From: Methanomassiliicoccales archaeon UBA147
GTDB lineage: Archaea > Thermoplasmatota > Thermoplasmata > SG8-5
Reading direction: 5' to 3'
Length of the DNA: 58,832 nucleotides
Assembly: GCA_002496385.1 (NCBI GenBank)
Contig: DAJR01000022.1
Coordinates: forward strand, 1-58,832
Each line of letters begins with the position of its first letter. Within the stretch, counting starts at the first letter, position 1. Under the pieces are notes generated by a model, which worked only from the letters and a program-made list of their open reading frames with translations, had not been told where the DNA came from and ran no database searches. Shown here piece by piece: positions 42,701 through 51,093 of this stretch. The translations under genes and the position numbers were made by a program.

Positions 42701-43012
42701 TGCCGAGACCACCAGCGGCGGCGGGTCGCCCGAGATGAGATGGAACAATCCTGCTTCTCTGAGAGCCGATTTAACCGGCATGAGCGGCTCCAGGCTCTCC
42801 AGGAGGCATCTGCCGGTTATTATCTGGGCGTTCTTGGTCTCGACCTCTTTCATCAGTTCCGAAACCAGCCGGGTTTTCCCGATGCCCGCCTCCCCTGCGA
42901 TGAAGACGGTCGAGCCCCTACCGGCGGTCGCATTCTCAAATGCCTGTTTCAGCTTATTCAGATCTTCATTGCGCCCGATAAGTTCCGGCTGATGAAGCGC
43001 CAACCCTCCCAT
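39776..43012 (-). CDS. STAND ATPase-longin-TPR, array copy 1 (head)
   Basis: GEAGIGKT, LFLDDLHWAD, EGTPFF, TPRs. Ends WIEKCKKGLGELEK. Confidence 0.9.
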   Translation of the reverse strand: MGGLALHQPELIGRNEDLNKLKQAFENATAGRGSTVFIAGEAGIGKTRLVSELMKEVETKNAQIITGRCLLESLEPLMPVKSALREAGLFHLISGDPPPLVVSAYMTNDAGLLLAKAEREQLGLDPDIFAGMLKGVGNFVKDSMHKIDNVDRTGGINILGYQEYKIIVEESAGIFLAAVTKGSLSEFLVGDMKNILAEVQMSHGHMLKEWDGDLDKVSGIKPIISRLISSGKYDGKFLVDDPRIRQENVFDNVLMGIQRLSADRSLLLFLDDLHWADPSTLGLLHYLARNTKNNPVLIVGDYRPEDIVQQSDGKAHQLETAMQNMTREDLLEKIELDRLDRKGTEDLVRTTLGTVNFENELYDRIFRETEGTPFFVLEVVKLLAEEGWIKQDKKGVWNATAGLEKMDIPSKVYDVIKRRLDRLMKEQKKILDCASVVGEEFQSDVVGKVVGLNKIQLLENLSDVEKTHRLIHSYQKKYKFDHAKIREVLYNGIMDELKQEYHKLVADTIAELHRDNPDEALNALAHHYYEAKDAKAAEYLIKSADAAMGAYANDEAIRYYNKALTVLEDDEKIKIVNERLGDIYSLTSDLDNALKCYYSLIEKETDGRKKADLHRKVADMYNKFGRFAESVVECDKAIATLGEDRCIQQARLLNVKAWAEMLTNKTDKCREDAQDALRIAEEANDLAEMARAYYNIGVTYEEKFDKEGLEKEIEMLSKSLELREKVGNLYEISETLLLLAVSHRNYGEIYSADEEQHIAESKKCLSRNLEIKRKIGDKTGLTKSMWCLAWHEKNLDESLKYFLEGIDIARSIGNHLLEAQTLLGLSNILEKKGEVIKALECIDESIRIAKDYLDELRLAGTLEERGAILARYGRHDEALEIFKECLLITTKDPTSNTHYNVIECMGHIYRHKKNFSSALDCYMQTREIAEKSDLIWLKLSSHMAFAELYLDEKTYGEALDEALKAIEVGEQLSHKDIYFKGRINIVLGKIYHAMKDWDSAIKSFESAQIALDNHSKRVAGGINYTLGNLYYELALLWKDMGDPDKLKEYREKALQCFGQLNNEFWIEKCKKGLGELEK

Positions 43013-43031
43013 GTTCGGGGGAATGCTGTGG

Positions 43032-43089
43032 GTATAAAAAAAGGTGTCGGGTGCACACTTTCACCCACCCCCGCGCCACCCTTTTATAC
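43032..43089. promoter_or_regulatory. Back-to-back TATA-like boxes for the array head (minus) and the nuclease-like gene (plus)
   Basis: GTATAAAA at 43032-43039 and TTTTATAC at 43082-43089, each ~20-22 nt from an ATG, consistent with leaderless archaeal transcripts. Confidence 0.5.
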
Positions 43090-43110
43090 TGTGCCTGCCA
43101 CAGGGCATTC

Positions 43111-43653
43111 ATGGACTCCGCCCCCCGCTTCTTCTACGCCAGCATCACGGTGAACGAGCATCTCATCCTGGATTTGCTCAAGGACCACGGGGACTGCGTC
43201 CTGCATGACACGGAATCGCCGCTGGCAAAGCGGTTCAGGCGGGACTGGGACGGCCGGTGCAAGTACGGGGACATCCTGGCGCTCTTCAAGAAGAACGGCA
43301 TCGAGTATCTGGTGGGCATCGAGGTGAAGGACTGGAAGGCCAAAGTAACACCGAAAATGTGCTACCAGTACCTCAAGACCTACAGGAAGGGGTGCCAGTA
43401 TTTCTACATCGCTGCACGGCATTTCTCGCCGCGCACCTTCGACATAAGCGAGATAGGCTTCATCGACCTGGACAGGATGGCGGTTATTAAAAAACCGGAA
43501 TATCTTCATCCCTGGAAGAAAGACCGGGAGGGGGTCATCAGGAAGATGAGCAAGGCCCCGCAGCCCAGGAGGTATTTTGTCATGCACCCGGACCAGACCA
43601 CCATGGCGGATTTCCTTGAGCCCGCTTCGGAACAGGCGGCTGGCGAATCATGA
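43111..43653 (+). CDS. Putative PD-(D/E)XK (restriction-fold) nuclease-like protein
   Basis: GDILALF..LVGIEVKDW (D...ExK), followed by QYL..Y...C.YFYIA and EIGFIDL typical of small archaeal nuclease-fold proteins. Start uncertain. Confidence 0.6.
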   Translation: MDSAPRFFYASITVNEHLILDLLKDHGDCVLHDTESPLAKRFRRDWDGRCKYGDILALFKKNGIEYLVGIEVKDWKAKVTPKMCYQYLKTYRKGCQYFYIAARHFSPRTFDISEIGFIDLDRMAVIKKPEYLHPWKKDREGVIRKMSKAPQPRRYFVMHPDQTTMADFLEPASEQAAGES

Positions 43654-44832
43654 TTCAATTCTCGGCCCGCGCACCAGCGTTTCCTTCGCTAAAAGGGCCA
43701 CCAGCATCCCGATGACTGAAACCGCAGCCGCCAGGAAGAATATGTTGTCCACCATCTCCCTTGCCAGCAGATAGCCGGCAAGTATCGAGCCTGCGGCGCC
43801 TCCCAGGTTGATGGCGGAATTGACCAGGCCGATGCCCCTTCCCCTCTCTGCGGGTTTTGTGAGGTCCGAGACCATGGTTATGGCGCTCACGGTGAAGAAC
43901 GACCAGACCGGCACCGCCCAGAGTATCGCGACGAAGACCGGCTCGACAGTCATGCCCATTAGCCCCCACACCAGCACGTAAGCCGCGCCCGAGCCGACCA
44001 GCACCCATTTCCGTCCGTGCCTGTCGCATGCCCTTCCCGCAATCCCGGATGCGAATATGCCTGCGACAGCGGATAGCGCCGTGAAGACGCCTGCAACCAT
44101 TGTGGCGTCCCAGTGAATGTCCAGACCCTTCAGGTATATCGGAAAAACCGAGAAAACGATGTAGCCTGCCAGCGGCAGGATGAGGGCGACACACGCGACA
44201 ACCGCGATTTCCCTCTTCCTTCCGAAGGACAGCACCCCGCCGAAGTCCATGGCCAGCGGTTTCTTCCGACGCTCTTTCATGGGCAAAAGGGAAAGTGCGC
44301 CCGCGATTGTGATTATTCCTGCCACAGAGAACATGAGCGTGACCGCGTCCGAGCCGACCAGCATGTCGCTCGATGGGAGCAGGAACCCTGCGGCGAGCGC
44401 GCCGACTGCCTGGCCTATGCCCCCGATAAGGGCGAGGTTGCCGACCGATGTGCCCTTCCTCCTGGGAAAGCATTCGGTGGCCACAGCGTTCAACAGAACG
44501 AACGATGTGGTGAAGGCGACCTGCACCAGCCTGAGCAGTATCAGCTCGCTGGTCCCTGCAAACGGCATGGCGAAGAACAGGCCTCCGCCCACCGTTCCCG
44601 AGACGGCCATCACCAGCCGCCTGCTGCCGATGCGGTCCGATATTGTCCCCCAGGCAAAGCTCATTGGCACTGCAGCCAGGAATGGAAGCGCCGTTATCAG
44701 CCCGACAAGGAAGAAGTCCTCGCTGATGCCGTACATGTACAGCGCCATTATCGGGTAAAGCATGCCGTTTATCACAGTGACAAGGCCTGCGGCCAGCAGG
44801 ACGTGCCGATAGGTTCTCACGGCGTCGGGCAA
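43648..44832 (-). CDS. Major facilitator superfamily transporter
   Basis: About 12 hydrophobic segments, MFS motif A GTISDRIGSRR and GRACDRHGRK, ERGRGIG. Confidence 0.92.
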   Translation of the reverse strand: MPDAVRTYRHVLLAAGLVTVINGMLYPIMALYMYGISEDFFLVGLITALPFLAAVPMSFAWGTISDRIGSRRLVMAVSGTVGGGLFFAMPFAGTSELILLRLVQVAFTTSFVLLNAVATECFPRRKGTSVGNLALIGGIGQAVGALAAGFLLPSSDMLVGSDAVTLMFSVAGIITIAGALSLLPMKERRKKPLAMDFGGVLSFGRKREIAVVACVALILPLAGYIVFSVFPIYLKGLDIHWDATMVAGVFTALSAVAGIFASGIAGRACDRHGRKWVLVGSGAAYVLVWGLMGMTVEPVFVAILWAVPVWSFFTVSAITMVSDLTKPAERGRGIGLVNSAINLGGAAGSILAGYLLAREMVDNIFFLAAAVSVIGMLVALLAKETLVRGPRIES

Positions 44833-44916
44833 CCGCTGCCGGGATTAATATCTAACGCCGCACTTTCGGCCACCCCCCCGAAGCATTCTTAAAGGCATAC
44901 CATCTAGCGAAGCGCA

Positions 44917-46923
44917 ATGCCCATGTTCTGCCCGAAATGCAAGGGCCTTCTGAAGATTCCCAGGAGCGGCCGCCTGGATGAGAAGTACTGTCCCAGCTGC
45001 GCGGCCGAAACCGAATTGTCACCGGATGAGACAATCCCGGAGCCCGTGACCCAATGGCCTGAGAAGGGCCACCCAACCATGCCTTTCTTCCCGTTCCCCG
45101 AAGTGAGGAAGGGCCAGGACAAGTTCATCCGCGACGTGGCCAAGTCAATAGCTGACAGGAAGCATCTGATGGCTTACGCCCCCACCGGCATCGGGAAGAC
45201 AGTGGCGGCGCTCGCGCCCGCAGTCGAAGCGGCTATGGAGATGGGCAAGACCGTCTGCTTCCTCACGTCCAAACAGTCCCAGCACCACATCGCAATCGAG
45301 ACGCTGAAGCAGATGAAGGTGGTTTCGGGCAGGCAGATACGCGTCGTCGACCTGATATCGAAACAGGCCATGTGCCCCGACGACATATCGGAAGAGTTTC
45401 CTGCCGCGTTCAGGATGCTGTGTTATACCAGCGTGATTACGAAATCCTGCAGGTATTTCACGAACAGCGACGATAATATTGTCAAGTTCATCCATTCCAA
45501 CATACTGCATGTCGAGGACCTGAAGACCCTGGCCACGCGCCGGAAGGTCTGCCCCCACAGGATTGCGATGGAAGCCGCGGCCGAGGCCGACGTCATCGTG
45601 TGCGACTACAACCACATCTTCGACCCGGGTGTGCGCCCGAATACCGAAGAGGCCTTTGGCAGACCAATCAGCGATTTCATAATAATCGTGGACGAGGCAC
45701 ACAATCTCCCTGACCGCATCCGGGGATATTACTCTATGAGTCTCACCGCCAACCTGGTGGAGGCTGCGCACTCCGAGGTGCGGGATAAGCATCTGGCCGA
45801 GATACTGAAAGGCCTGAAGAAGGACCTGGTGAAATTGCTGGAGAGCGTGGACGATGGAAATGAATCGCTTACCGACGCAGCCCATCTCCTGGAGGCCCTG
45901 GACAAGAGGCTGGGCCGGTCCCTGGTTGACAGGATGGACCTCGGCACCCTGATAGAACAGTTGCGCGACATCGGCGTGAAGAGGATGGCCGACGGCAAGC
46001 AGAGCGCCGCTTTCGAGATAGCGGAGTTCCTGGACGGGTACCGGCAGGACCTCAGGGGCCTGGTGAGGATAATCAGCCGCAAGGACGGCATGATGCTGAA
46101 CTACAGATTACTGGACCCCTCGACCGTTTCGGGGCCCCTGTTCGCCAGCTTCCATTCAAGCATCGTAATGAGCGGCACTCTGCACCCCACAGCCATGTTC
46201 GCTGACATCCTCGGAATCCCGGAGAGATCCCGAATGTTGGGCACGTATCGCTCCCCCTTCCCGGAGGAGAACAGGCCCGTGTTCGTCGTTGACGACGTCA
46301 CCACACTCTTCGGCCAGCGGAACGACGCCATGTACCGCACCATAGCGGATCGCATCAGCCAGGCATGCGACGAGATTCCGGGCAATGTGGCAGTTTTCTT
46401 CCAGTCCTACGGGATGCTGAAGAACATCACCCAGTTCATCCGGACCGCCAAGGAGCCGATATCAGAATCCCGCGAATCCACAAAGGCCGAGAAACGCGAG
46501 CTCGTCACGACCCTTGCAAAACTGAAAGCGGGCAAAGGCGGCATGATGCTGGCAGTCATGGGCGGCTCGATGTCCGAAGGGATTGACTACCGGGACAACC
46601 TCCTGGACTCGGTGATCGTCGTGGGCGTTCCCTTCGCGCCTCCCTCGCTGGAGCAGGACCAGCTCATCAGGTACTTCGAGACGAAGTTCGGCCGGGACTA
46701 CGGCCGGGACTACGGTTATACATATCCCGCAATGAACCGTGTGCTCCAGTCCATCGGCCGGTGCATACGCTCGGAAACCGACCGGGCGGCGGTGATACTC
46801 CTAGACAAGCGGTTCATGTACCCCCAGTACAGGAGATGCTTCCCACGGGACGTCAAGCTGGACAGCGCGGACGATCTGACCGCCAGGCTCCGAAAGTTCT
46901 ATTCTGCAAATGAAAAAATATAG
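44917..46923 (+). CDS. xpd: XPD/Rad3-family SF2 DNA helicase with Fe-S cluster and N-terminal zinc ribbon
   Basis: Q motif, APTGIGKT, Fe-S cysteines (C..LC..C..CPH), VDEAHNL, MSGTL, SEGIDY, QSIGRCIR. N-terminal CPKC..CPSC. Confidence 0.9.
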   Translation: MPMFCPKCKGLLKIPRSGRLDEKYCPSCAAETELSPDETIPEPVTQWPEKGHPTMPFFPFPEVRKGQDKFIRDVAKSIADRKHLMAYAPTGIGKTVAALAPAVEAAMEMGKTVCFLTSKQSQHHIAIETLKQMKVVSGRQIRVVDLISKQAMCPDDISEEFPAAFRMLCYTSVITKSCRYFTNSDDNIVKFIHSNILHVEDLKTLATRRKVCPHRIAMEAAAEADVIVCDYNHIFDPGVRPNTEEAFGRPISDFIIIVDEAHNLPDRIRGYYSMSLTANLVEAAHSEVRDKHLAEILKGLKKDLVKLLESVDDGNESLTDAAHLLEALDKRLGRSLVDRMDLGTLIEQLRDIGVKRMADGKQSAAFEIAEFLDGYRQDLRGLVRIISRKDGMMLNYRLLDPSTVSGPLFASFHSSIVMSGTLHPTAMFADILGIPERSRMLGTYRSPFPEENRPVFVVDDVTTLFGQRNDAMYRTIADRISQACDEIPGNVAVFFQSYGMLKNITQFIRTAKEPISESRESTKAEKRELVTTLAKLKAGKGGMMLAVMGGSMSEGIDYRDNLLDSVIVVGVPFAPPSLEQDQLIRYFETKFGRDYGRDYGYTYPAMNRVLQSIGRCIRSETDRAAVILLDKRFMYPQYRRCFPRDVKLDSADDLTARLRKFYSANEKI

Positions 46924-47111
46924 GCAGGGGTCGGAACGAAATCCATTGGAGAGAGAATCCCTGCCCAAGTGGGGAAGAGTTGATATGAATTGCCCTCGCG
47001 TCTCCTTCACTTCAAGATAGTATTGTTATTTTATTATTTATAATTATTGTTATTCCCTATTTATAACTTGCTGTATTTTCTTTTTATCAATAAGAATGAA
47101 TTAAAATATTC

Positions 47112-47750
47112 TCACCTGTCGATTCGGCTCGCGGCGGATGACATCTCCTCCACGAACATTCTCACGCTGGCCCGCACGTCCGGAGTGCCGACGGTCGCCG
47201 ATATCGCGCACACTGAATCCGCACCCGCAAGAACCACTTCCCTGACGTTCCGAAGGTTTATCCCCCCGATGGCCACGATAGGCAGCCTTGTGGCCCTCCG
47301 GAATTCCGCGACCCCCTCCAGCCCGAGCGGGCGGCCTATGTCGCTCTTGGTCGCAGTGTGGAACACCGGGCTTGCCGCGATGTAATCCGCGCCGCCGGTT
47401 TCGGCCCGCCTCACCTCCTCGACGCTGCCGCAGGATATTCCGATGACCCCTGGGAATTCCTTCCTGGCTTTCGTAAGCGGCATGTCTTTGGGCCCCAGGT
47501 GCAACCCGTCGGCACGGGTGGCCAGTGCCAGGTCAAGTTTGTCGTTGATGATGAATGCGGTCCCCGAATCATGGCACAGCGCCCGGATTTCTTTCGCCTC
47601 GGCCGCCATTTCATCGAAAGACTTGGCTTTCTCGCGGTACTGGATGACGCTTGCCCCCCCCGCAACGGCATCGGCTGAGTCCTTCAGCGCGCCCTGCTTC
47701 GTGAGCCCGGAATCGGTTATGAAGTAGAATCCGCGCACCTCAGAGGGCAT
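47112..47750 (-). CDS. thiE: Thiamine-phosphate synthase
   Basis: YFITD, QYREK, FIINDKLDLA, DGLHLG, TKSD, PIVAIGGI. Confidence 0.93.
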   Translation of the reverse strand: MPSEVRGFYFITDSGLTKQGALKDSADAVAGGASVIQYREKAKSFDEMAAEAKEIRALCHDSGTAFIINDKLDLALATRADGLHLGPKDMPLTKARKEFPGVIGISCGSVEEVRRAETGGADYIAASPVFHTATKSDIGRPLGLEGVAEFRRATRLPIVAIGGINLRNVREVVLAGADSVCAISATVGTPDVRASVRMFVEEMSSAASRIDR

Positions 47751-48543
47751 CGACGCGCGCTCCCTTCACAACATCCTTCCGGGAAACCGCCATTATTGAA
47801 TCGAACATGTTCTGCTTCATGCCTCCTGGCCCTTTTGCGGTCTTGGCCGCCATCTCACCGGCGATGCCGTATACGGCCATCGCGCAGGCCGATGCGAGGG
47901 CATGGTCCTCATTCACAGCCGCGAACGCGCCTATGACGGATGCCGCCATGCAGCCGGTCCCGACGACCTCGCCCATCCGCGGATGCCCGTTCTTTACCTT
48001 GAAAACTCTTTTTCCGTCCGTGACGATGTCCTCAGCCCCTGTCACCACGACCGTGCATTTCTCCGATGCGGCCAGCGACTTCGCGTGGGAGACGATGTCC
48101 CCCTCGGCCGAGATGGATTCCACCCCCCTGACCTCGGCATGGGCTCCGGCCAGTGTCGCAACCTCCCCGGCATTACCCTTGATGACTGAGATTTTAACTT
48201 CTGCGATTATCTTCCTGGCGCTGTCCATTCTCAAACGTGTGGCCCCGACCCCGACGATGTCGAGAATCACCGGTGTGCCTTTCAGGTTGGCCTGCTTCCC
48301 GGCCTTGACCATGGCATTGACAAGGACCGGCGTGAGCGTCCCGATATTGAGTACCAACGCGCCGGATATCGTCACCATCTCCTCCACCTCCTCTTCGGCG
48401 TGCGCCATGACCGGGAGCGCGCCCAGGGACCGGGTGATGCTGGCGCAATCCGATATTGTCACCCAGTTTGTGATATGGTGCACGAGCGGTTTTTTCTCCC
48501 TGAGGGATTCCAGCATGTCTGCGGCCTGTTCTGCGATGTTCAT
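47740..48543 (-). CDS. thiM: Hydroxyethylthiazole kinase
   Basis: PLVHHITNWV, GALPVMAH, LVLNIGT, KGNAGE, GTGCMA. Start taken at MNIAEQ. Confidence 0.95.
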   Translation of the reverse strand: MNIAEQAADMLESLREKKPLVHHITNWVTISDCASITRSLGALPVMAHAEEEVEEMVTISGALVLNIGTLTPVLVNAMVKAGKQANLKGTPVILDIVGVGATRLRMDSARKIIAEVKISVIKGNAGEVATLAGAHAEVRGVESISAEGDIVSHAKSLAASEKCTVVVTGAEDIVTDGKRVFKVKNGHPRMGEVVGTGCMAASVIGAFAAVNEDHALASACAMAVYGIAGEMAAKTAKGPGGMKQNMFDSIMAVSRKDVVKGARVDAL

Positions 48544-48604
48544 GGAAATCGGGTGGCTATAATTTTGCATTGATATTAAAGATTGCCGCAGAATCCTTTT
48601 CAGC

Positions 48605-49762
48605 TCAGGCCAATCCGGCCCTGAGCCTCTCGACCGCTTCCTGGATATGCTCGATCTTTGTGGCGTAAGAGAGCCGGATGTAACCTTCTCCGCCGGGCCC
48701 GAATCCTGTCCCCGGGAGAAGTGCGATGCCCAGTTTGTTGATGGAGAAATCCGCGAACTCCCTGCTGTTCATACCGGTCTTCGTTATGTTCGGGAAGGCG
48801 TAGAACGCTCCCTGGGGCATCACGCAGCTGAGCTTGGGGATGCTGTTGAGCCCCTTCACAAGGACATCCCTCCTCTCCCTGAAGGTCTTCATCATCGTGT
48901 CCACGAACTGCGGCCCCCTGAGGGCGGCTATCCCGCCGTGCTGGATGAACTCCGGTGTGCAGGAAACAGTGGCTTCCAGGACCATGCTCATCTTCTTTAT
49001 CAGGTCCTTCGGGCCGACAGCGTAACCCAGGCGCCAGCCTGTCATGGCATAGGATTTGGAGAACCCGTCCAGAAGTATTGTCCGCTCCTTGCACTCGTCC
49101 CGGATGGCCGCGCTGTGGTGCGGCCTGTCATAGGTCATCTTGCTGTAAATCTCGTCCGCCAGGAGGTAGATGTCCCGCTCCTCGGCGATCTCCCCCACAC
49201 GCTCGATCTCGGCCTTCGTCATGACGCCGCCCGTGGGGTTGGACGGCGAATTCATTATTATCAGCCTGGTATTTTCATCTATGACGCGGTCCAGGTCCTC
49301 GGGGTCCATGCGGAACTCGTTCTCCTCCTTCAGCCTCACGAAGTTGCCCTTTACGCCGCTGCACTGCAGCACTGCGAAATAGGTGAGGAAACTCGGGTCC
49401 TGGAGGGCGATGTTGTGCTTTCTGTCCGCCACGCATGTCACAAGATAATAGATGATGGGATTACCGCCCGGCGTGACCAGCACCTGGTCCGTGTCCGGCC
49501 TGAAGCCCCTTGTCTTCTCGACCTCATCGCATATAGCTTCCCTGAGTTCGATTATGCCGTTGGAGTTGACATACCGGGTCTTTCCGTCCTCCAGGGCCTT
49601 GGTCGCGGCCTCGCGGATGTGCGGTGGCGTGTCGAAGTTGGGCTCCCCTATCTCGAAATGAAGTATCTTCTTCCCCTGCCTCTCCAATGCCTTGGCCCGG
49701 GCCAGGTACTCGAACGCGGCATTGGGCGTGAGCCTGTTGGCCGCATCTGTGAATGATCTCAT
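48605..49762 (-). CDS. PLP-dependent class I/II (aspartate-type) aminotransferase
   Basis: IGEPNFDTP, NSPSNPTG, ADEIY, FSKSYAMTGWRLGY, PQGAFY, EGYIRLSYA. Confidence 0.93.
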   Translation of the reverse strand: MRSFTDAANRLTPNAAFEYLARAKALERQGKKILHFEIGEPNFDTPPHIREAATKALEDGKTRYVNSNGIIELREAICDEVEKTRGFRPDTDQVLVTPGGNPIIYYLVTCVADRKHNIALQDPSFLTYFAVLQCSGVKGNFVRLKEENEFRMDPEDLDRVIDENTRLIIMNSPSNPTGGVMTKAEIERVGEIAEERDIYLLADEIYSKMTYDRPHHSAAIRDECKERTILLDGFSKSYAMTGWRLGYAVGPKDLIKKMSMVLEATVSCTPEFIQHGGIAALRGPQFVDTMMKTFRERRDVLVKGLNSIPKLSCVMPQGAFYAFPNITKTGMNSREFADFSINKLGIALLPGTGFGPGGEGYIRLSYATKIEHIQEAVERLRAGLA

Positions 49763-49899
49763 ATTGACCGGACATGATTCATCCATCTGTCATATAGATT
49801 TTGCATTCTGAATCCTTAAGACTTTGTGAAATCGGTGAAATGGGATTTGAAAAATCGTATCTTTGCAAGAGTTAACAGATTGAGAGGCCTTGGAGATGT

Positions 49900-50092
49900 G
49901 GGTGTGGCCTCACCCCTCGGGCCTCGTCGCCTAATGGCACACCATTAGGCTTGCTCGCATTGATGTTTGAAAATGCATCTGAGCTACAATGCTCGTACAG
50001 CCAGGGTTCAAAGGGAGAAATGCACTCTATGCATCACCTTCATCGAAGTCGAAAACTTCGATACCCTACCCCGCCCTCACAGGCGGGGCATG
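49900..50092 (+). mobile_element. Dispersed palindromic element, forward copy (left flank of tcmP cassette); left edge approximate
   Basis: Hairpin GCCTAATGG-caca-CCATTAGGC (49929-49950), 36-bp quasi-palindrome (49957-49992), end motif CCCCGCCCTCACAGGCGGGGCATG (50069-50092). Confidence 0.7.
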
Positions 50093-50141
50093 AATGGCTG
50101 GGGGGTTGCCGGAGGGTTATCTGGCAAGCTTGGGTTTTAAA

Positions 50142-51083
50142 TCAAAACAGCGATGTTTGCTGAGAATATCCAGCCAGATCATTCCATATCTTTTTGATTG
50201 ATTCTCCTTGGAAGCTCTCAACCTTTTCCTTCAAGCCATTCACAATTGAGAGGTAGGAATCTTTACGCGCTATGTGAAGCAGATGATAATAATACTGGTC
50301 GGTTCTATCTTTACCGATTCTGATAGGCGTAACGTACAGACCCATCTTCCTGATTTCATTCATGTAAACGTCTAATATCTCATCACAATCCGAACATGAC
50401 GTAACATTGTCGCAGGCAGGTCCGAAGAATTCTTTTCTCTTGTTCGGAGGGATTCTTTCAGCAAGTCTTGTCTGGTAGTTGAGAAATGCATCAAACCGTT
50501 TCAATTTAAATATGGATAATAATGAGTTCCATTGTAGTTGAAAACCGCTTTGATCCAGGTATGCAAATACGTATTTATCGCTATGATTGTAACAACATGA
50601 TTGGATTAATTCATTTGCATCCACACAAGTTCGATTTATTTTGAATCCTAAATCTCCATAAATTTGAAAAAAGTCGTCCAGATTATCGATAGACTTTGAA
50701 GAAATATCTCCGAACTCATATAATGAAAATGGATAGTCTGTCATCATAGTTGATATTATCGGGGAACCAACCGTCCACGCTTTCCTCTCGCTTCCGGGCA
50801 AATCTTTCAGAGGCGCGATTCCAGAGCCAGAGAAGGGGTCCAAATAAACGCGCTCTTTGATATTATTACTATCAAGTATTATTCCGAAAGGTGTCAAGCA
50901 ATATGCGAGAGATATGTTCTTTAAAATCGTCCAAGGTCCCACCTGGTAATCATTTTCGGTCAGAGAACTAAGGTATTCAGCAATCAAATATTTGGCCGGG
51001 CCATCTTCTATTTCTTTTGCCTTTTTTCTTAAATGACCTGCATGTTCATAGGCCCATTCCATGGGTGTTTTTCTGGGTGCCAA
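50142..51083 (-). CDS. tcmP: Three-Cys-motif partner protein (TcmP family, SAM-MTase-like fold)
   Basis: GPWT.LK...LAY, YLDPFSGSG, DAN, FAYLDQ.GFQL.W, YHLLH. AT-rich relative to flanks. Confidence 0.75.
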   Translation of the reverse strand: MAPRKTPMEWAYEHAGHLRKKAKEIEDGPAKYLIAEYLSSLTENDYQVGPWTILKNISLAYCLTPFGIILDSNNIKERVYLDPFSGSGIAPLKDLPGSERKAWTVGSPIISTMMTDYPFSLYEFGDISSKSIDNLDDFFQIYGDLGFKINRTCVDANELIQSCCYNHSDKYVFAYLDQSGFQLQWNSLLSIFKLKRFDAFLNYQTRLAERIPPNKRKEFFGPACDNVTSCSDCDEILDVYMNEIRKMGLYVTPIRIGKDRTDQYYYHLLHIARKDSYLSIVNGLKEKVESFQGESIKKIWNDLAGYSQQTSLF

Positions 51084-51093
51084 TTTTAATCTC

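Noticed and set aside
48544-48604. TPP riboswitch upstream of thiM-thiE
   Set aside because: Only ~60 bp of intergenic sequence, with none of the conserved TPP aptamer motifs (CTGAGA, ACCTG).
48647-49756. 369-aa plus-strand ORF
   Set aside because: Antisense shadow of the aminotransferase gene.
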